Position numbers and translations under genes: made by a program | The notes under the pieces: model-generated | What the model saw: the letters and a program-made list of their open reading frames with translations, nothing else | What the model was told of the DNA's origin: nothing | Databases searched by the model: none | Part shown: piece by piece, positions 23,967 through 37,327 of the stretch | How positions within the stretch are numbered: position 1 is the stretch's first letter | Layout: every line of letters begins with the position of its first letter | DNA from: Camelus dromedarius | Taxonomy: Eukaryota | DNA length: 64,000 nucleotides | Assembly: GCF_036321535.1 (NCBI RefSeq) | Contig: NC_087436.1 | Span: 8,308,001 to 8,372,000 of the forward strand | Direction: 5' to 3'

Positions 23967-25519
23967 GGGACAATATCAAATGAGAAGATGACTGAAAATG
24001 GTCCCTACCATGGACAGGATGAGAAATTCAACAAGCCACAGAAATCAGGCATATTGAAATTGAATTGATATTCATTGGCTCTTTTTTTATTAGTTGGTAA
24101 AGCAGAATATTTTCTAACATTCTAAAGGGTGTTGAATATTTATCCTAAAGTCCTAAGAAGCATGTTAAAATACATAAGGCATTTAATATTAAAAGGTATT
24201 TTAAGATGCATTAAAAAATAAAACGTCATAATTAAAAAAGAGAAAATATTGATCTAGCTTTTTATAATAAGATCATAGGCAGCATAACATTATAAAATTT
24301 ATATCATAGAATTCTATTCACTGTATGCCAATGTACTTACAAAAGCGTTATAAATGAAATGAGAAATCTTCCAAGAAATAATAAATTATCATAATTGGAC
24401 CGAGAAGAAATAGGAAACTAGAGGAAAGTAATGATTGTAGAAACAGATGGAAAGATTATGAAGGATCTTACACATGAGATCCAGATCATTTTATAGATGA
24501 AACTCGCCAAGTATCATCAGTGGATGGTTCACTGTTACATAGAATATTCCCCAATATTAAAAAAAAATTTTTTTTGGCCCAACCAGACATGGTAAATAGT
24601 CAACACATTTAACCACTTTTGAGGTATAAATGTGATCAGAACATGATAATTTAAGAAATTAGATAATGGTCACACACTTCAGATATTTCTCACTTTCAGA
24701 AATATCTTGAAGAGTTTTTAGGTAAGCTGCAAGTAAAAATATTCCACTCTACCTAAATCAACATGTGCGTATTGCTGTTTGTTTAAATCTAAAAGTGCAA
24801 ATGGGCTTAGAGACAAGTCTCAGACCAGGGAAATATGAGCTACAAACATTTTCTCCTGAGCTGACAAAGTAGGTGTGAAAGGAAAATTTATATTTGTTTC
24901 CAGAGGGAATTAGCTTTGAAATGATTTGTTTTATTGTTTACCGTTCACGATCGAAATTTCTCTAACTGGTGTCAGTTTGTAGCAGGGGCCAGGGACAACT
25001 GTGAAGTTTGCTGATATTATTTATGACAAGTAAAGCCCCCTAGCTGACTCTGAGTAACCCCTATATGAGCCATATCAGATTTGCCTAGTAAAGCTGTGCT
25101 AATAGACTTTGAGCTCTCTGGTACGTCTTTGTGAAACTCAGTGGGGAGGATATGGTACCAGTCACCTACGATTGTAATTTAAGAACGAATGCAGTACTGA
25201 ATCAAAATTGAATTATGAATGCAGAAGTTGTTTTATATTTGGTGATACATAAGAATATTTTAAAGGTTCATTACAGTTTGCTTGAAATGATTTATTAATG
25301 TGGGGAAAATGAAATCATCTTAAATAGCAATGCATGATGGGCAGTCGCGCTGGAAAACAACTGGAGGCGTCACCGGCAAACACTGTCAAGTTTCAAAACT
25401 GAGGAGAAACCAGAGAAACGACAATTAGCAGAGAACACATGCAGTATTGGAATGGCTATTGTTGCATTTAACTCCTGATGCCAATGTAGGTTTTCTGTCC
25501 TAGAAGCAGAACTGACGGC

Positions 25520-25667
25520 TGGCAAAGTGGTTCATTTCCCAACTTTATAAATATTTTGAAATCATTTTCCAAATTGTTTTACCAGTTAATCTGCTGCTAG
25601 CCCAACAATGCAAGAGAGATTCCACTTTTTCTGTGTTGTGTCCAATGCTTGGTACTGTCAGACTTTG

Positions 25668-25719
<52 letters not shown>

Positions 25720-26030
25720 TGATAACTCTGGTGTGAAAAATAACTCAGTGTTGCCTTTAGTTTCATGCTTTGGAATATTCAAGTTAGATGAGCAATTTTA
25801 TGCAATTTAATATCAACCAATATAACATTTTTAGTCATACAGTTTGACTGGTTTTCTATTGATTTGTGGGTATTTTTTTTTTTTTTACCATTTAAAGATG
25901 ACCTTTCCTGTCTTTATTCTGAATACCAATTCTTTGTTGAATTTGCTAGATGTAAATATATCATTTCACATAGGCACTTGCATTTTCATTTCTCATGAAA
26001 TTGTTTTTATTTTAAGAAAGATGAATTTGT
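25520..26030 (-). mobile_element. Old L1 3' fragment containing a (GT)n microsatellite (25666-25717)
   Basis: ttttccaaattgttttaccagtt..., ctgaataccaattctttgttga. The GT repeat is directly visible. Confidence 0.65.
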
Positions 26031-26499
26031 CCCCTTTATTTTCTCTCTCTTTCTCTCTCTGTCTTTTTTTTTTTTTTTTCCTAGACAAGCACCTTTTAAT
26101 ATGAAAAGAATTCCTGCCATCAGTTATAAAAGGAGGAATGTGTCACAAGGGTAAAGGGTCACGGACACAAAGACAATGTGCAAACTATAGAAATGATCTT
26201 CTGAGAGCTTTTTCAAAAATTTCTTTCTTGTCATGTAAAGAATGTGTCATGTCGAAGGCATAAACAAATTGCGCTTTTTAATTAATATGAACATAATATG
26301 CTTTTTAATCTGTAATGTTGAAAATATAAACCAAATACACGGTTTAATAGTTGCAGACGTTTTGCTGAGTGGCAGTACTGCCAAAGACGCCCCCGACCCA
26401 CCCATTTCCCCAAATGCATTCCTCCTTAAAGAATCCCCCTGCTGCTCAGAAACGGAGCAAGAGGCCAGCTCCCTTGACCCCTCATTGTTTACCAGTTTT

Positions 26500-27297
26500 T
26501 ATATTAATGCTGTTGTAGGAAGACCACTGAGCATGCGACCTACCCTCTTAATAATTTTTAAGTGCACCACGCAGTGTGGTTCCCCACTGTGCAGTGTGGC
26601 CCAGCAGAGCTCTAAAATTCACTACTTTCGTCACTGAAACCTCCCACCTGTTGAACCGCAGCTCCCCATCTCCCCTCCCCCAGCACCAAGTGAGCACCAG
26701 TCCACCCTGGGTGTCGACGACGTGTTTGCCTATGGTGGACACCTCCTAAAAGTGGAGTCACCTCGCACTTGCCTTTCTGTGTCGGGCTCATTTCATTTAG
26801 CATAATGCCCTCCAGGTTCATCTGTGTTGTCACATATGGCAGTATTCCCCCCCCCCCCTTTTTTTTAAGGCTAAAGAATATTCCATGGTATGTGTTTCCC
26901 ACATTTTCTTTATCCGTCCATCTACTGATGGGCACTTTGGTTGTTTCTTGGCTATTGTGACTAATACTACCAATGAACACGGTAGTTCATGGAGCTCTGG
27001 ATTTCAATTTTCCTGGTTAAATACCCCAAAGGGGATCATATGGTAGTTCTTGTCTTAATTTTTTGAGAAACCTCCATATTGTCTTCCATAGAGGCTGCAC
27101 CAATGTAACACTTCCATCCACAGAGTACAAGGTTTCCAAATTCTCATTAACCTTGCCAACACTTGTTAGCTTTTGGTTGTTTGATAATAATCGTCCTCAC
27201 GTGAGGTGCTATCTTATTGTAGTTTTGATGAAAGTTCCCCTAGATAGTGACACTGAGCATCTTTTCATATACTTGCTGGGCATCTGTGTGTCTCTTG
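26500..27297 (-). mobile_element. L1MA9-like 3' end
   Basis: cctaccctcttaataattttaagtg, catttcatttagcataatgccctccaggttcatc, ccatagaggctgcaccaat. ORFs 26612..26980 and 26769..26960 are L1 3' debris. Confidence 0.88.
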
Positions 27298-27350
27298 TCA
27301 CTTTTTCTCCATTGCTTCTGCTTCTCAGTACTTTTAAAAGAAGTTGGCCT

Positions 27351-27529
27351 ACCCACTACTATATATAAAATAAATAAACAACAAGGACCTACTGTATAGC
27401 TCAGGGAACTATATTAAATATCTTGTAATAACCTATAATGGAAAAGAATCTGAAAAAAGCATACGTATATGTAAAATTGAATCACTGTGCTATACTTCAA
27501 TAAAAAAAATCCTCATTGGCAGTTAAAAA
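27351..27529 (+). mobile_element. Young L1 3' stub with double A-tail
   Basis: aacaacaaggacctactgtatagctcagggaactatatt...ttcaataaaaaaaaa + tcctcattggcagtt + A-tail. TSD aaaagaagttggcct (27336-27350) / aaaataaattggcct (27530-27544). Confidence 0.88.
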
Positions 27530-28310
27530 AAAATAAATTGGCCTCAGATGAATTGAGAGTCCTTCATATGCTTTTATCTAATATTTAAGTTTTGCTTTTC
27601 ATAATTAAGCTTTAAATACATCTAGAATTTACTTTGCACATAGGATGAAAAGGATTAGTGTAAGTATACAGGGTAAATAAGTTAATAAAGTGTCAACAAA
27701 AAAAAACACAACTAGTATGTTGTTAACAATGTAATGCAAATTTATTCTCACAGAAATAAGAATAAAATGAGGGGACAGATTAAAGGCTGGCTGTTCATGT
27801 GACTGAAAGTACAGTGAGGGAGTACACAGGTATGCAGACAGAAGTGGAGAAGTAACACCATTTTCACTGCCTCTAGAACTCAAATTTGTTGTCACATTCT
27901 AACATCTCTTTAAGTTAGCGTGCATCTTACAATTGCTGTTACGTATTCATTTATTTGGCAGGGTTCTCTCTGAATAGCACACAAAATATGATGTGACTTA
28001 GCCTCAACAGCACCTTAGATCTGATGAAGCCCTTTAATAAGATTGTCCTTGAGCTGGAGAGAACAGAGATATCTACATTAGTGGGGCCCACTGACTGCTG
28101 AATCGGACCAATGACTCAAGACTCATGGTTAGATAGATTACGGTAAACTACCAGAGACCCAAAGAAGAGACTGTTCTCGGGGACAAAAATCCACTGAACC
28201 AAAAAAAGTAAAGAGCTGGATTAACATCATTGTCATCAACAACACTGGAAGATAGAAAGAGTAAATCAAGCCTTTCCAGGTTATAATGGGATCATTTTGG
28301 AAAGAAGGAG

Positions 28311-28932
28311 GACCAGGAAAGGACACAGGGAGATGACAGCCATCTGCAAGCCAAGGAGAGAGGCCTCAGGAGAAACCAGTGCATCTGGCATATTAACCTC
28401 AGACTTCTGGCCTCTAGAAGTGTGTGAAATAGATGTCTGCGGTGTAAGCCACCAAGTCTGTGGCATTTGTTATAGCAGCCTGAGCAGGAGACTGATTTGG
28501 AGACAGAGAAGTGGGCTTCTGCTGCACAAAGCGCCTGAGAATGTGGAAGCAGCTTTGGAACCGGGTGATGGGAGAGGCCAGAAGTTTTGAGGTGCATGTG
28601 AGAAAAAGCCTGGATTGCTGGACAGGATCGTTGCTAGAAATATGGACATTAAATGTCATTCTGGTGAGTATCAGAAAGAAAAGAGGAGCGATAAAGAGAT
28701 CTTCCATCTTCTTTGAGAATGCATAAGTAATTCTGAATGTTGGTAGAGACAGAGATACCAAAGGCCATTCTGATGGGGTCCAAGACAGAAATGGGCGACT
28801 GGGTCCTGGAAACTGGAGGAAAGACAATCCTTGATATCACGTGGCAAACAACATGGCTGAACTGAGTTCTAGTGTTTTGAGGAAGATACCGCTCACAGCA
28901 ACATCACTGGATATTTATCTGAGATTCCTTGA
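28311..28932 (+). mobile_element. MaLR MLT1A/B-like LTR 3' half (to ~28489) plus internal sequence
   Basis: gccatctgcaagccaaggagagaggcctcaggagaaacc...gtctgtggcatttgttatagcagcctgagc, then atgtggaagcagctttggaaccgggtgatggg. Confidence 0.88.
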
Positions 28933-31900
28933 GGTGGCCAGTTCCTTTTGGTCTTTCTGACATAGAGCTCTGGCCTTCCCAGGGGGGGCATGTGGCTGGG
29001 GTGGGGGGCTGCTTGCACAGCCAGGAGATGCTTTGGTTCCAGGGGAAGTTCCCCTTTCCAGGGCAGCCCTCTTGCTCTTTGACCTCGGGAATCCCGTGGG
29101 CTGTGGAATAGGTACAACTCGACAGCTTGGGCCTCAGGTCGTCCTGGGTGGCACTCCCCTGCCCGCCTGGCCTCACTCCCCTGCACCCACGGCCATCTGG
29201 GAGCCGGAGGCTCCTTCTTAATCCAGGTGGGCTCCCTGAGGCCCCAGGGCATCTTGCTGGGGAGTCAAGCCAGGATGGAAAGAGGATAATGCACAGGGTC
29301 TCCCTGGTGCATCAGAAGAACATTCATTGGTCCAGGTTTTCTGCATGTGACAGGCAACACTCGTCCCATGGCCATCCCCAAGCATCCTCTGTATGTGGAG
29401 CCGAGCACAGGACTCCAGGGACACCAGGTCCCCTGACAGGGCTCGGAGCTCTGACCGCAGGCTTGGTGGTGCTGAAGGACATCCCTCCAGCCGGGGGCGG
29501 CTGTGGGGAAGCTGCCCGCAGCCTGGACCCCAAACCACGCTCCACATCAGGGAAGTAGAGATGCTGCTTTGGTCCTGCAGGGTGGACACTGGGGCCCGCG
29601 CTTTGCCCAGTGGTTTCTCCAGGGCAGGGGGCCACCAGCCAGCCCTCCCCTGTTCTCCTTCCTGGGAGGGCTGGGTGCCAAGGGATAAGTTAGTGCACTG
29701 CTTCTAAAGAATTTTAAAATTAAGAAAAAGAAGAAAAACAGTATGTGATTCAAAGTTGTGCAATGAATCATCAAATAACTAAAAACTGAAAAAAATTTTA
29801 AATAGTTATCTCTGAAGGATGGGCCTAAGGGGGGGGGGGGGTTTAATACCCTGCTTCTTAAGTTGTTACTGCTCATACATAGAGTAGAATGAAATAGTTA
29901 TAAATAATAGGGAAAATAAAAGGTTCCTCTTCATTTTTATACCTGAGTTAGCTAATTTAACTTCAGTTTATTTCTTTTTCATATGTGTACAAATATTTTA
30001 TTTATTCTTTTTTTTATTCCCCATCCAAACCTTTCCTATTTCCCCAAATGCTTAAGGAAAACACATTGTTTTAACTATAAGTTTATTTTACAAGTAACCC
30101 AGAAAACTTTTACATCACAAATACATCCCAAACAGTGAACCATTTTTCAATTAAATGAAAATGCTTCAATAAAATGAGGCATGACATGAAGAATCACTGA
30201 TCTCTGAATTATTGAATGATCTAAGCATTGTCATGACAGTTTTCAATCAACTTCCATCTGAATATTTATTCTGAAACTGCTTTCTTTCACAGAAACAACA
30301 TTCAGCGTAAAATTCAACACGTTTCACTCATCAATGTAAACATTTTTGTCTTGTTAAACTAGTTTTTAAAAATTAATATTTTTATTTGAGTTCACTGAAG
30401 GCATGTAGTATGTAGACCCCATTGCACAGTATATTGATTTTATGGGTGAGCCTGTTTTCAAGCATAGTTGAAAAATAAAATCTTTCTGAGCATCAATCAG
30501 CCAACTTCAAAATAAGTTTTTGGATCAAATCCATGTCTTAATCAGAGATTTACAGATTTTTTTTTTCTTGCTGCTTCTCTAAATACAGTTTCATTGATCC
30601 TAGAGGCCCATATATTGTAATTTTGTATTTTATTTGTAATGACAAAGGGAAATACATTATTACTATTAAACTAGAAAAGAAAGAGTAAACAGTTTCTGTC
30701 TGAAATGTGCATGTGTTGCTATAGTAAGGATATTATATACTAGCGGTTAAAATAAAACAGAAGTGACTTAAATTGTTAAACATCAAGCAACGTATTTATA
30801 GATTTCCCACTAGGAACAATGATTAAGATAATGTAGTATGCATTGACTGAAAAATTAAATCAAACTACAAAAGACTTTGCTGATGGACTGTTTGTATTAT
30901 TCTGTGTGCACATTATTTGGAACCACCAAAATCAAACAGTAATGTACTAATATAAATAGTACAACCATGCTTGAGGAATGGTGTTGGAATTGATTATGTA
31001 AATCACAGAAATATATAACAGGATCATAATTATTGACAGTTGCTTAGCTTGAAGGTGAAACAAACAAAATAAATAAAGCTTATTTTAGCAATTGCATAAA
31101 ACCCCAAGGTTTTTGAAATATTTCCTGTAGGGAAGAAATTATGACAACTGGATTTTATGTCATTGAAAGATATACTAAGTAGAAAATACGTTTGCATGGC
31201 TGAATTATACTGTTTTAACATTTTATGGTCAGAATAAATTATTTTCCTTTACTACTGACTGAATAACTCTCAACCATTTTTGAAAAGAACTTTTATCATC
31301 AACTCTTGAAAAGTCAAATTTCATTTAAGGAAATGGTTCTAATATTTCAGCCTTAAAGATAGTGTTTGCTGTGACATATCAGAGAAGTACACGGAGAAAT
31401 TCTTATGAATCAAAGAAAGCATTGGGAGGGCTATTTTTATTTTTACTTATTGAGATAATTCATTTTTCTTTTAAATGGTTTGGATGGGCTTTACCAATAG
31501 ATAATCCAAAACCCCACATCATTATAAGCACAGACCTGTATTTATAAATTCTTATGTAAAAAGAAAAAAAAAAATCTCCTTTAAAAAGACTCTGTCCATA
31601 ACCCAGGCAAAGAAGACACATTTGTGTATGCAGGTGTCTCCCTTTGCTAGAAATGCAGATTTTTTTCTCTCACTGTCTTTTCACTGAAGCTGTATTTCTT
31701 CCAAAGTCTTGACCTTATATGGGGATGGAAGGAAGTTCTCATCCCCTGTTCATCTCCAAATCCTCACCTTCTATGAACCCAAAAGCCTTGCCTTTTGCCA
31801 CTCATGTGATTCCCCAAATCCCAAGGCTCCATAGTAGGCAAATACTTTGAGAGTCCAAGCACCTTGCTGGCCCCCCAGCCTTGCTGCACATAAGGAAATA

Positions 31901-32217
31901 AAACCATTTTACATAGGAAGGTAAAAAGTGTCATAACCCAGCACTGCCATCCAGAATTCTCTCATCCATGTTGAAATTAGGAAGCTCTGTCCCATGGAAA
32001 CATCTTCTACTGTTAACTCCAGCTATAAGAAGACAGTCAGCACCAAGCATCTCCAGAGATGCTTTATTGAAGGAAGTGATCTCTGGACCTTCCCAAGGAA
32101 TATAATAAGTTGAAGTTTCTTGGATCTTACACTGTAAATCTGTTCCCAAGACTGTTGCCCCCAGGATCATACCCCTGCCCCTCCCTTGAATAGATACCAA
32201 ATACTCTTATCTAAATC

Positions 32218-32726
32218 TCAGGAGGAAGCTGCAAAGATAAAAAAAGACCTGGTTGGAACAAATTAGGCCCAAGATGGTGGAGGCTTTGAGTTCCTTGAGC
32301 CTCATTGTAGGCTCATTGTAATGCTGCTAAATGACACACCCACCACGTCATGACAGCTGATGACTGCCATGACAACAACCAGAAAAGCCCATGCAAGAAC
32401 TAAAAAGGAGAGCTGCATCGGTTCAAGTCCACCCACAAGTCCAAGCCACACCCCTGTCCGTGGACAAGTCAGGAATATCCCTCACACTAATTCTTTCCCT
32501 TTTACTTCCGCTGCCCCATACACCACCTGAATTGAGTTGAGAAATTGATTTGCGAACTAGGTTCCTGTTTCTTCATTCTTTGGCCATTGAATAAAACCCA
32601 TGCTGTTCCAGTCTCAGGATCAATTTTGTTACTGGCTGCACAAATCCAATCAGAAAGAGGACATCCCTGGTCAAGATGGGGGTGGTGGTTCACAGCCTCA
32701 CCTAGGACCTGCCAAACTGGGTAACA
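32218..32726 (+). mobile_element. ERV1 solo LTR, MER41-like
   Basis: gctaaatgacacacccacc...catgacag...gccatgacaac...ctaaaaagg core, aataaa, ends GGTAACA. TSD aatc at 32214-32217 and 32727-32730. Confidence 0.88.
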
Positions 32727-33048
32727 AATCTAATCCAGCATCACCTATTCCTTGAGACTTTAGAGGACTTCCTTACATACTAAACGTGTACTGATGTCTC
32801 AGTCTCACTTACCATAGGGCATTGTTCTATTCAGGGTTCAAGGTGACATCACAGCAGTATATTAAGCGAGCTCTTTTTCCTCTCCAGAACACTGGGTCAA
32901 GTCCATTTCTCAATGTATCCTCCTTTATCTAGCCTTCTGTAATTCCTACTTTTGTCCAACTCCCTTTAAAGATACATCTCTACATAAGTGTTATACAGGT
33001 TCCTTCCAGTACATATTCAATAAGCTATTTTTTTTTCATTTATGGTAG

Positions 33049-33666
33049 TGTTGGAGCAGGCAGATAGCTAGATATGAGCAGAGAAAGTAGGGCAAGGGCC
33101 AAATGCAGGAAACCATACATCTTGTGAACAATGGGGGTCTTTGGGCAGAGAGAAGCAGGAACCTCTGACCTGAGGAGAAATCACACATTTTTGGGGTGAT
33201 AAGTGTCCTGGAGGCAGATAAAGAAGGATGGGATAAGGCAGGAATCTCAAGTGTCCAAATGTAATATTTTATGCCCTCATCGAAATGTAACATTTTGCTC
33301 ATTATGCCCTCATTACAATAAAATTAGCCTTGCAGATTAGAAGTACCCATCATGCACCAATGCCAAGATACTTATTCAATCAAGACTAAATAAGGACAAA
33401 AATCCCTCCTCCCCTCGGGAAGGTGGAGCTGGGATGAAAATCAGGGAATATGACCCCAACCCCCACCTCAATGAATATTCTACTCATTCATTTTTACACC
33501 CTATGTAACCAACTTGCAAAGAAACTCAGGGCAGCTGCTCACCTGAGTCCGCCCACTCTTCCCTTGAGAATGTACTATCTCTTAAATCCTTGCTTTGCTT
33601 TCTTGACCTCTGTGTTTATTTCTGAATTCTGTGTACCAAGTGACAAACATCTGCTCTCCAGTAACA
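33049..33666 (+). mobile_element. ERV1 solo LTR, MER50-like
   Basis: TGTTGGAGCAGGCAGATAGCTAGATATGAGCAG...AGTAACA. Perfect TSD gtag at 33045-33048 and 33667-33670. Confidence 0.9.
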
Positions 33667-34955
33667 GTAGGAGGATTGAGATACTTTTTTTTTTTGGAGC
33701 AGAGATTATATTCCTAGTTTGGGTGATGCTATGCTCTCACTGTGGTTATTTGCACAGAGAAGTGTGCTGGTTTGGAAGAACTCGAGAGGGACAAGCTTCA
33801 TCATGTGATATATCTACTTCAGGTGAGGTCCCATGCAGTCTACAGACAAGGAAATCGTTTCTTTTTTGTTTGTTTGTTTGTTATTTTTTTTTTTCTGGAA
33901 AAGGAGAAAGAATGTTATTCTTAGCCAGAAAGTTTTGAGAGAATTTGTATATTCAAATTTTCCAAATTTGTGCACTCAGAGGCTATCATCCTAGGACTAA
34001 AGGTCCATTTCCTATCTGATCAGGGATCTGACTTTGATATAATATAATTCCCATGACCTTAGATTACTCATCTTTTATGATTAAATCCTGAATCTGCTGT
34101 TTGTCTGACCATTATCTCTAGAATTCCAGATAAGAATTTCTACTGAAGCTTCATAACGATGCTCTCACATTCACAGCAGGATCTAAGTAGCTAATTAACA
34201 CTTCTGAATCTAACAGGTTCTTTTTGCACAGCCCCAGTTGCTGCTAAAAGCAGCTTTTCTATAGGATAGTGATCATTACCATTTTACCATTTAAGTACAA
34301 AATAACCACTCCCCAACCCCAAAATATTAACTTTCGAGAAATGTCATTCCAATTGACCACAGGTAAATGCTGTGTGGTCACTGCAAATCGAGGCTGACTC
34401 CCACCCTAATAACAACCAGGTATGAGGATCCTTATGTCTTTTTAAAAGTGGGAAATCTCACTGCAGTATGAGATTCTGGCCTCTTCTGGTCTCAAGTGAT
34501 TTAGCTTCGATTGTCAAGAAAGAGAGGTGAGGCAAAATATATGTACTGATGCTTTCCTTGGAGGTAAAATTCTTAGGGGAAACTGAAGGGAAGCAAGGAA
34601 GTAGGGGAAACAAACATAAGATGACATTTTATCCAAGCTGAGCAGAGCTTCACAGGAAAACAGACTGGGTGCACAAGTGGCTCTAAAGTAACCATCCATC
34701 AGGGGAGATAATTAGACTTCACCCATGCCTTCAGTTCTCCTACCCTCCGTATTTCTATTTTGCCTCATGGGATATTAGCTCCTCTGTGTGTCTGTCATGT
34801 GTAACCTGGACCACCTGGGCTACCTGGGGGGAGGGTGTCGCCAGATCACATGCCCCATGGTGCATTATGTCACCAGAATCAGGACCTGGTGGGAGGATCC
34901 AGATACTCTGTGAGTCCAGTCTGTAAAAGCAGGTACCAGAGCCACTGAAATGTCC

Positions 34956-35414
34956 TGTCGATGAGAAATTCATCAGTTGGTCTAAGAAAGAAATGGAAAA
35001 TTTTATTCGAGTTAAATTTGAGGATTAGAACCCGGGAACAGCATCTCAGAAAGCTCTGAGAACTGTTCCACCCATTAGAATTCAAGGCACAGTTATATAA
35101 GTTTTTTTTTTTTTTTTTTTTAAGACAGAGGGCTGTACATCAAATGATGTATTGTTGACAGTTTACATAATCCAGATCTAAGCATCACGTGACCCCTTGT
35201 AAGATCAAGAAGGAATGTTATCTTTAAGGAGTTGCCTTAGGAGAAGTTGCTCTTTATGGCTGAACGGGAATTTCTGCCGACAGGGGAGGTTTGGTCAGTG
35301 CATAACACAGACACACAGTGCACAGTGAGGGGCGAGGAGACTAAAGGGCAGAGAAGAATTTTTTTATGTTTCAATTGTCCTTGTCTTGTCATAAAGTATG
35401 AATTTTATTTCACA
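34956..35414 (-). mobile_element. ERV1 solo LTR (artiodactyl type)
   Basis: Minus strand TGTGAAATAAAA...ttatataac (TATA)...aataaaa...TCGACA. TSD gtcc / gtct. Confidence 0.88.
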
Positions 35415-35994
35415 GTCTGCTGTAGCAGATCTGATGGAAACTATACCAAAAGCCAGGCCCCAGTCTTGGGGAGTGAGGGACACCTGCTGATGTTGGGTGC
35501 TGAGACAAAATGGGTTAAGAGGGGAGCTCAGCTCTGAGAGGGTGGTGGGGCCCCAGGGGACAAGTAGTGCCCACTGTCCTGAAGACACAGCGAAAATTAA
35601 CCCAACCCAATCTGGCTTTTTCCTCCATACCCAATTTTTAAAGGGATTTCTATTTTCTACATATATATTTTCTAGCTTTTATTTTCACATTTTCTGTACA
35701 CTTCTCTTTTAAATAGCAAATCATTAATTCATTACTTGTGAATTTGAAAGTTTCTATTCTTTAATGTGTTTGAGCTAGTTGTAGTCAACAAAATGATCAC
35801 TATTTAAAAACAAAACAAAACAAAATTATCATTATTTTAAGATTTGTTTCTAGGATGCTGTACATTTTTCACTTACTGTACTTTTTTTCCTCTGTTTTTC
35901 TACTAGCTTTCCACTGTATATATTTTAAGCACATCAATAGTATATGTCAAGTTTCTTCCTGTTGAATAAAGAGTCAAATATATATATATTTAAA

Positions 35995-36146
35995 TAATAA
36001 TTTTTTGCACATTTTTATTTCTTTCTGGGGGGAGGTAACTAGGTTTGCTAATTTTATTTTATTTTACTTTAATTAAGGTACAGAGGATTGAATCCAGGAC
36101 TTCTTGCATGCTAAGCATACACTCTACTACTGAGCTATAACCTCCC
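35995..36146 (-). mobile_element. Camelid vic-1-like SINE
   Basis: ggggggaggtaactaggttt...ggattgaatccagga...gcatgctaagc...tgagctataacctccc. TSD tcaaatatat on both sides. Confidence 0.92.
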
Positions 36147-36382
36147 TCAAATATATTTTTAAGATATTAATATATTAAATAATTCTTTAATTACTAGATT
36201 AAGATTAAGGCCTATATCTGAGATAATTTTACTCCTGCTAATCTATAAAATTTATTAAAACATATAAATTTCTAAATGAAGACAGGAATTTGTCATGGAC
36301 TCACATTATTTTTATCACCTGTCTTTCTGTAGTAACACCATACTTATATTTTCTGCATTTTACTATGGGGTTTTGTGAATAT

Positions 36383-36450
36383 ACAGTTGCCCCTTGAAAA
36401 ACATGGGAGTTAAGGCCTTTGACCCTCCATGCAGTTGAAAATCCTTATAA
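36383..36450 (+). mobile_element. Tigger2-like terminal fragment
   Basis: ta|cagttgcccccttgaaaaacatgggagttaagg...gcagttgaaaatcc. Confidence 0.6.
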
Positions 36451-36754
36451 GAAAAAAGTAAGAGAATGTATACTTGAGGATAAAGTCGAAAATGAGCTTG
36501 GTTTGAATTTAGATCATTGCACCATATTGAGGAAGAATCAAACAATGCAAGTTAGAAATATGACATTGCATTTCTGTTTTGTTTTGGAAGGTAGCAAATT
36601 AAGCCCAGCAACTAAGATTGTCTGACAAAGTTTATTTAACACAAGTTCACTGTGGGAATTATAATTTCATAGACCAATTGTCTACAGGATAATGTTTCTT
36701 AATAAGCAAGTAAAGAAGTAATATTCCAAATCAATAGTAGAGTAATCACACTAC

Positions 36755-37327
36755 TGTTCCAGGCAGGAGGCAATGAAAGGAATAAAGTCCACATTTAATT
36801 TGAGATGAATCTTTTAGATGAGTTTGGTGTCTTGGGAGAGAATTTGCCAATAGACAGGTGGAGTCCAGCCGCCAGCATCAAAATAAAAGCCCCTTTGTTG
36901 CTAGAGGATGTTGCTAGGGAACACAGGTGTGGTGCTGATAGACAGGCTGATCTCCTCCCAGGGTCCACTGCAGGGTTTGTCACTGCTGCCAGTAAAGGAG
37001 TTGTCTTTACCAGGGCAGAAGCAAATGCCCCCAGTTTTTCCTGAGTCTGCTATGTGGTTGACCACCACTACTAACCAACAGTAGCTTGGCCAGGGCAGTA
37101 GCAAGAATCTCAAGATCTTCAGGAAGCTAGATCAGGAAAGGGCAGCTTTGCCCAGACTGAAAATCCACTCTCGGATACTCCTCACAAACCCTCGGTATTT
37201 ATAGTCTTAGCGTCCCATCACATGATGCTTCTTTATATGATTTTATTGATAAGCTCCCAGCAGGGCCCCTCAGCTACTGAGTGCTTATCCAGGATGACAG
37301 ATGAGATGATGACATCCTGATACAACA
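36755..37327 (-). mobile_element. Possible ancient LTR, family unassigned
   Basis: TGTT...AACA termini, tataaata on the minus strand, GC higher than flanks. No TSD. Confidence 0.35.

Noticed and set aside
28893..29876. Stack of overlapping 60-143 aa ORFs on both strands
   Set aside because: Expected from stop-codon scarcity at high GC. No recognisable domain or exon structure.
32218..32726. Interferon-inducible (STAT1 GAS) enhancer in the MER41-like LTR
   Set aside because: No intact TTCNNNGAA seen in this copy or in 22706-23151
33450..33938. 162-aa ORF, the longest in the window
   Set aside because: Starts inside a solo LTR and runs into T-rich low-complexity sequence. No homology recognised.
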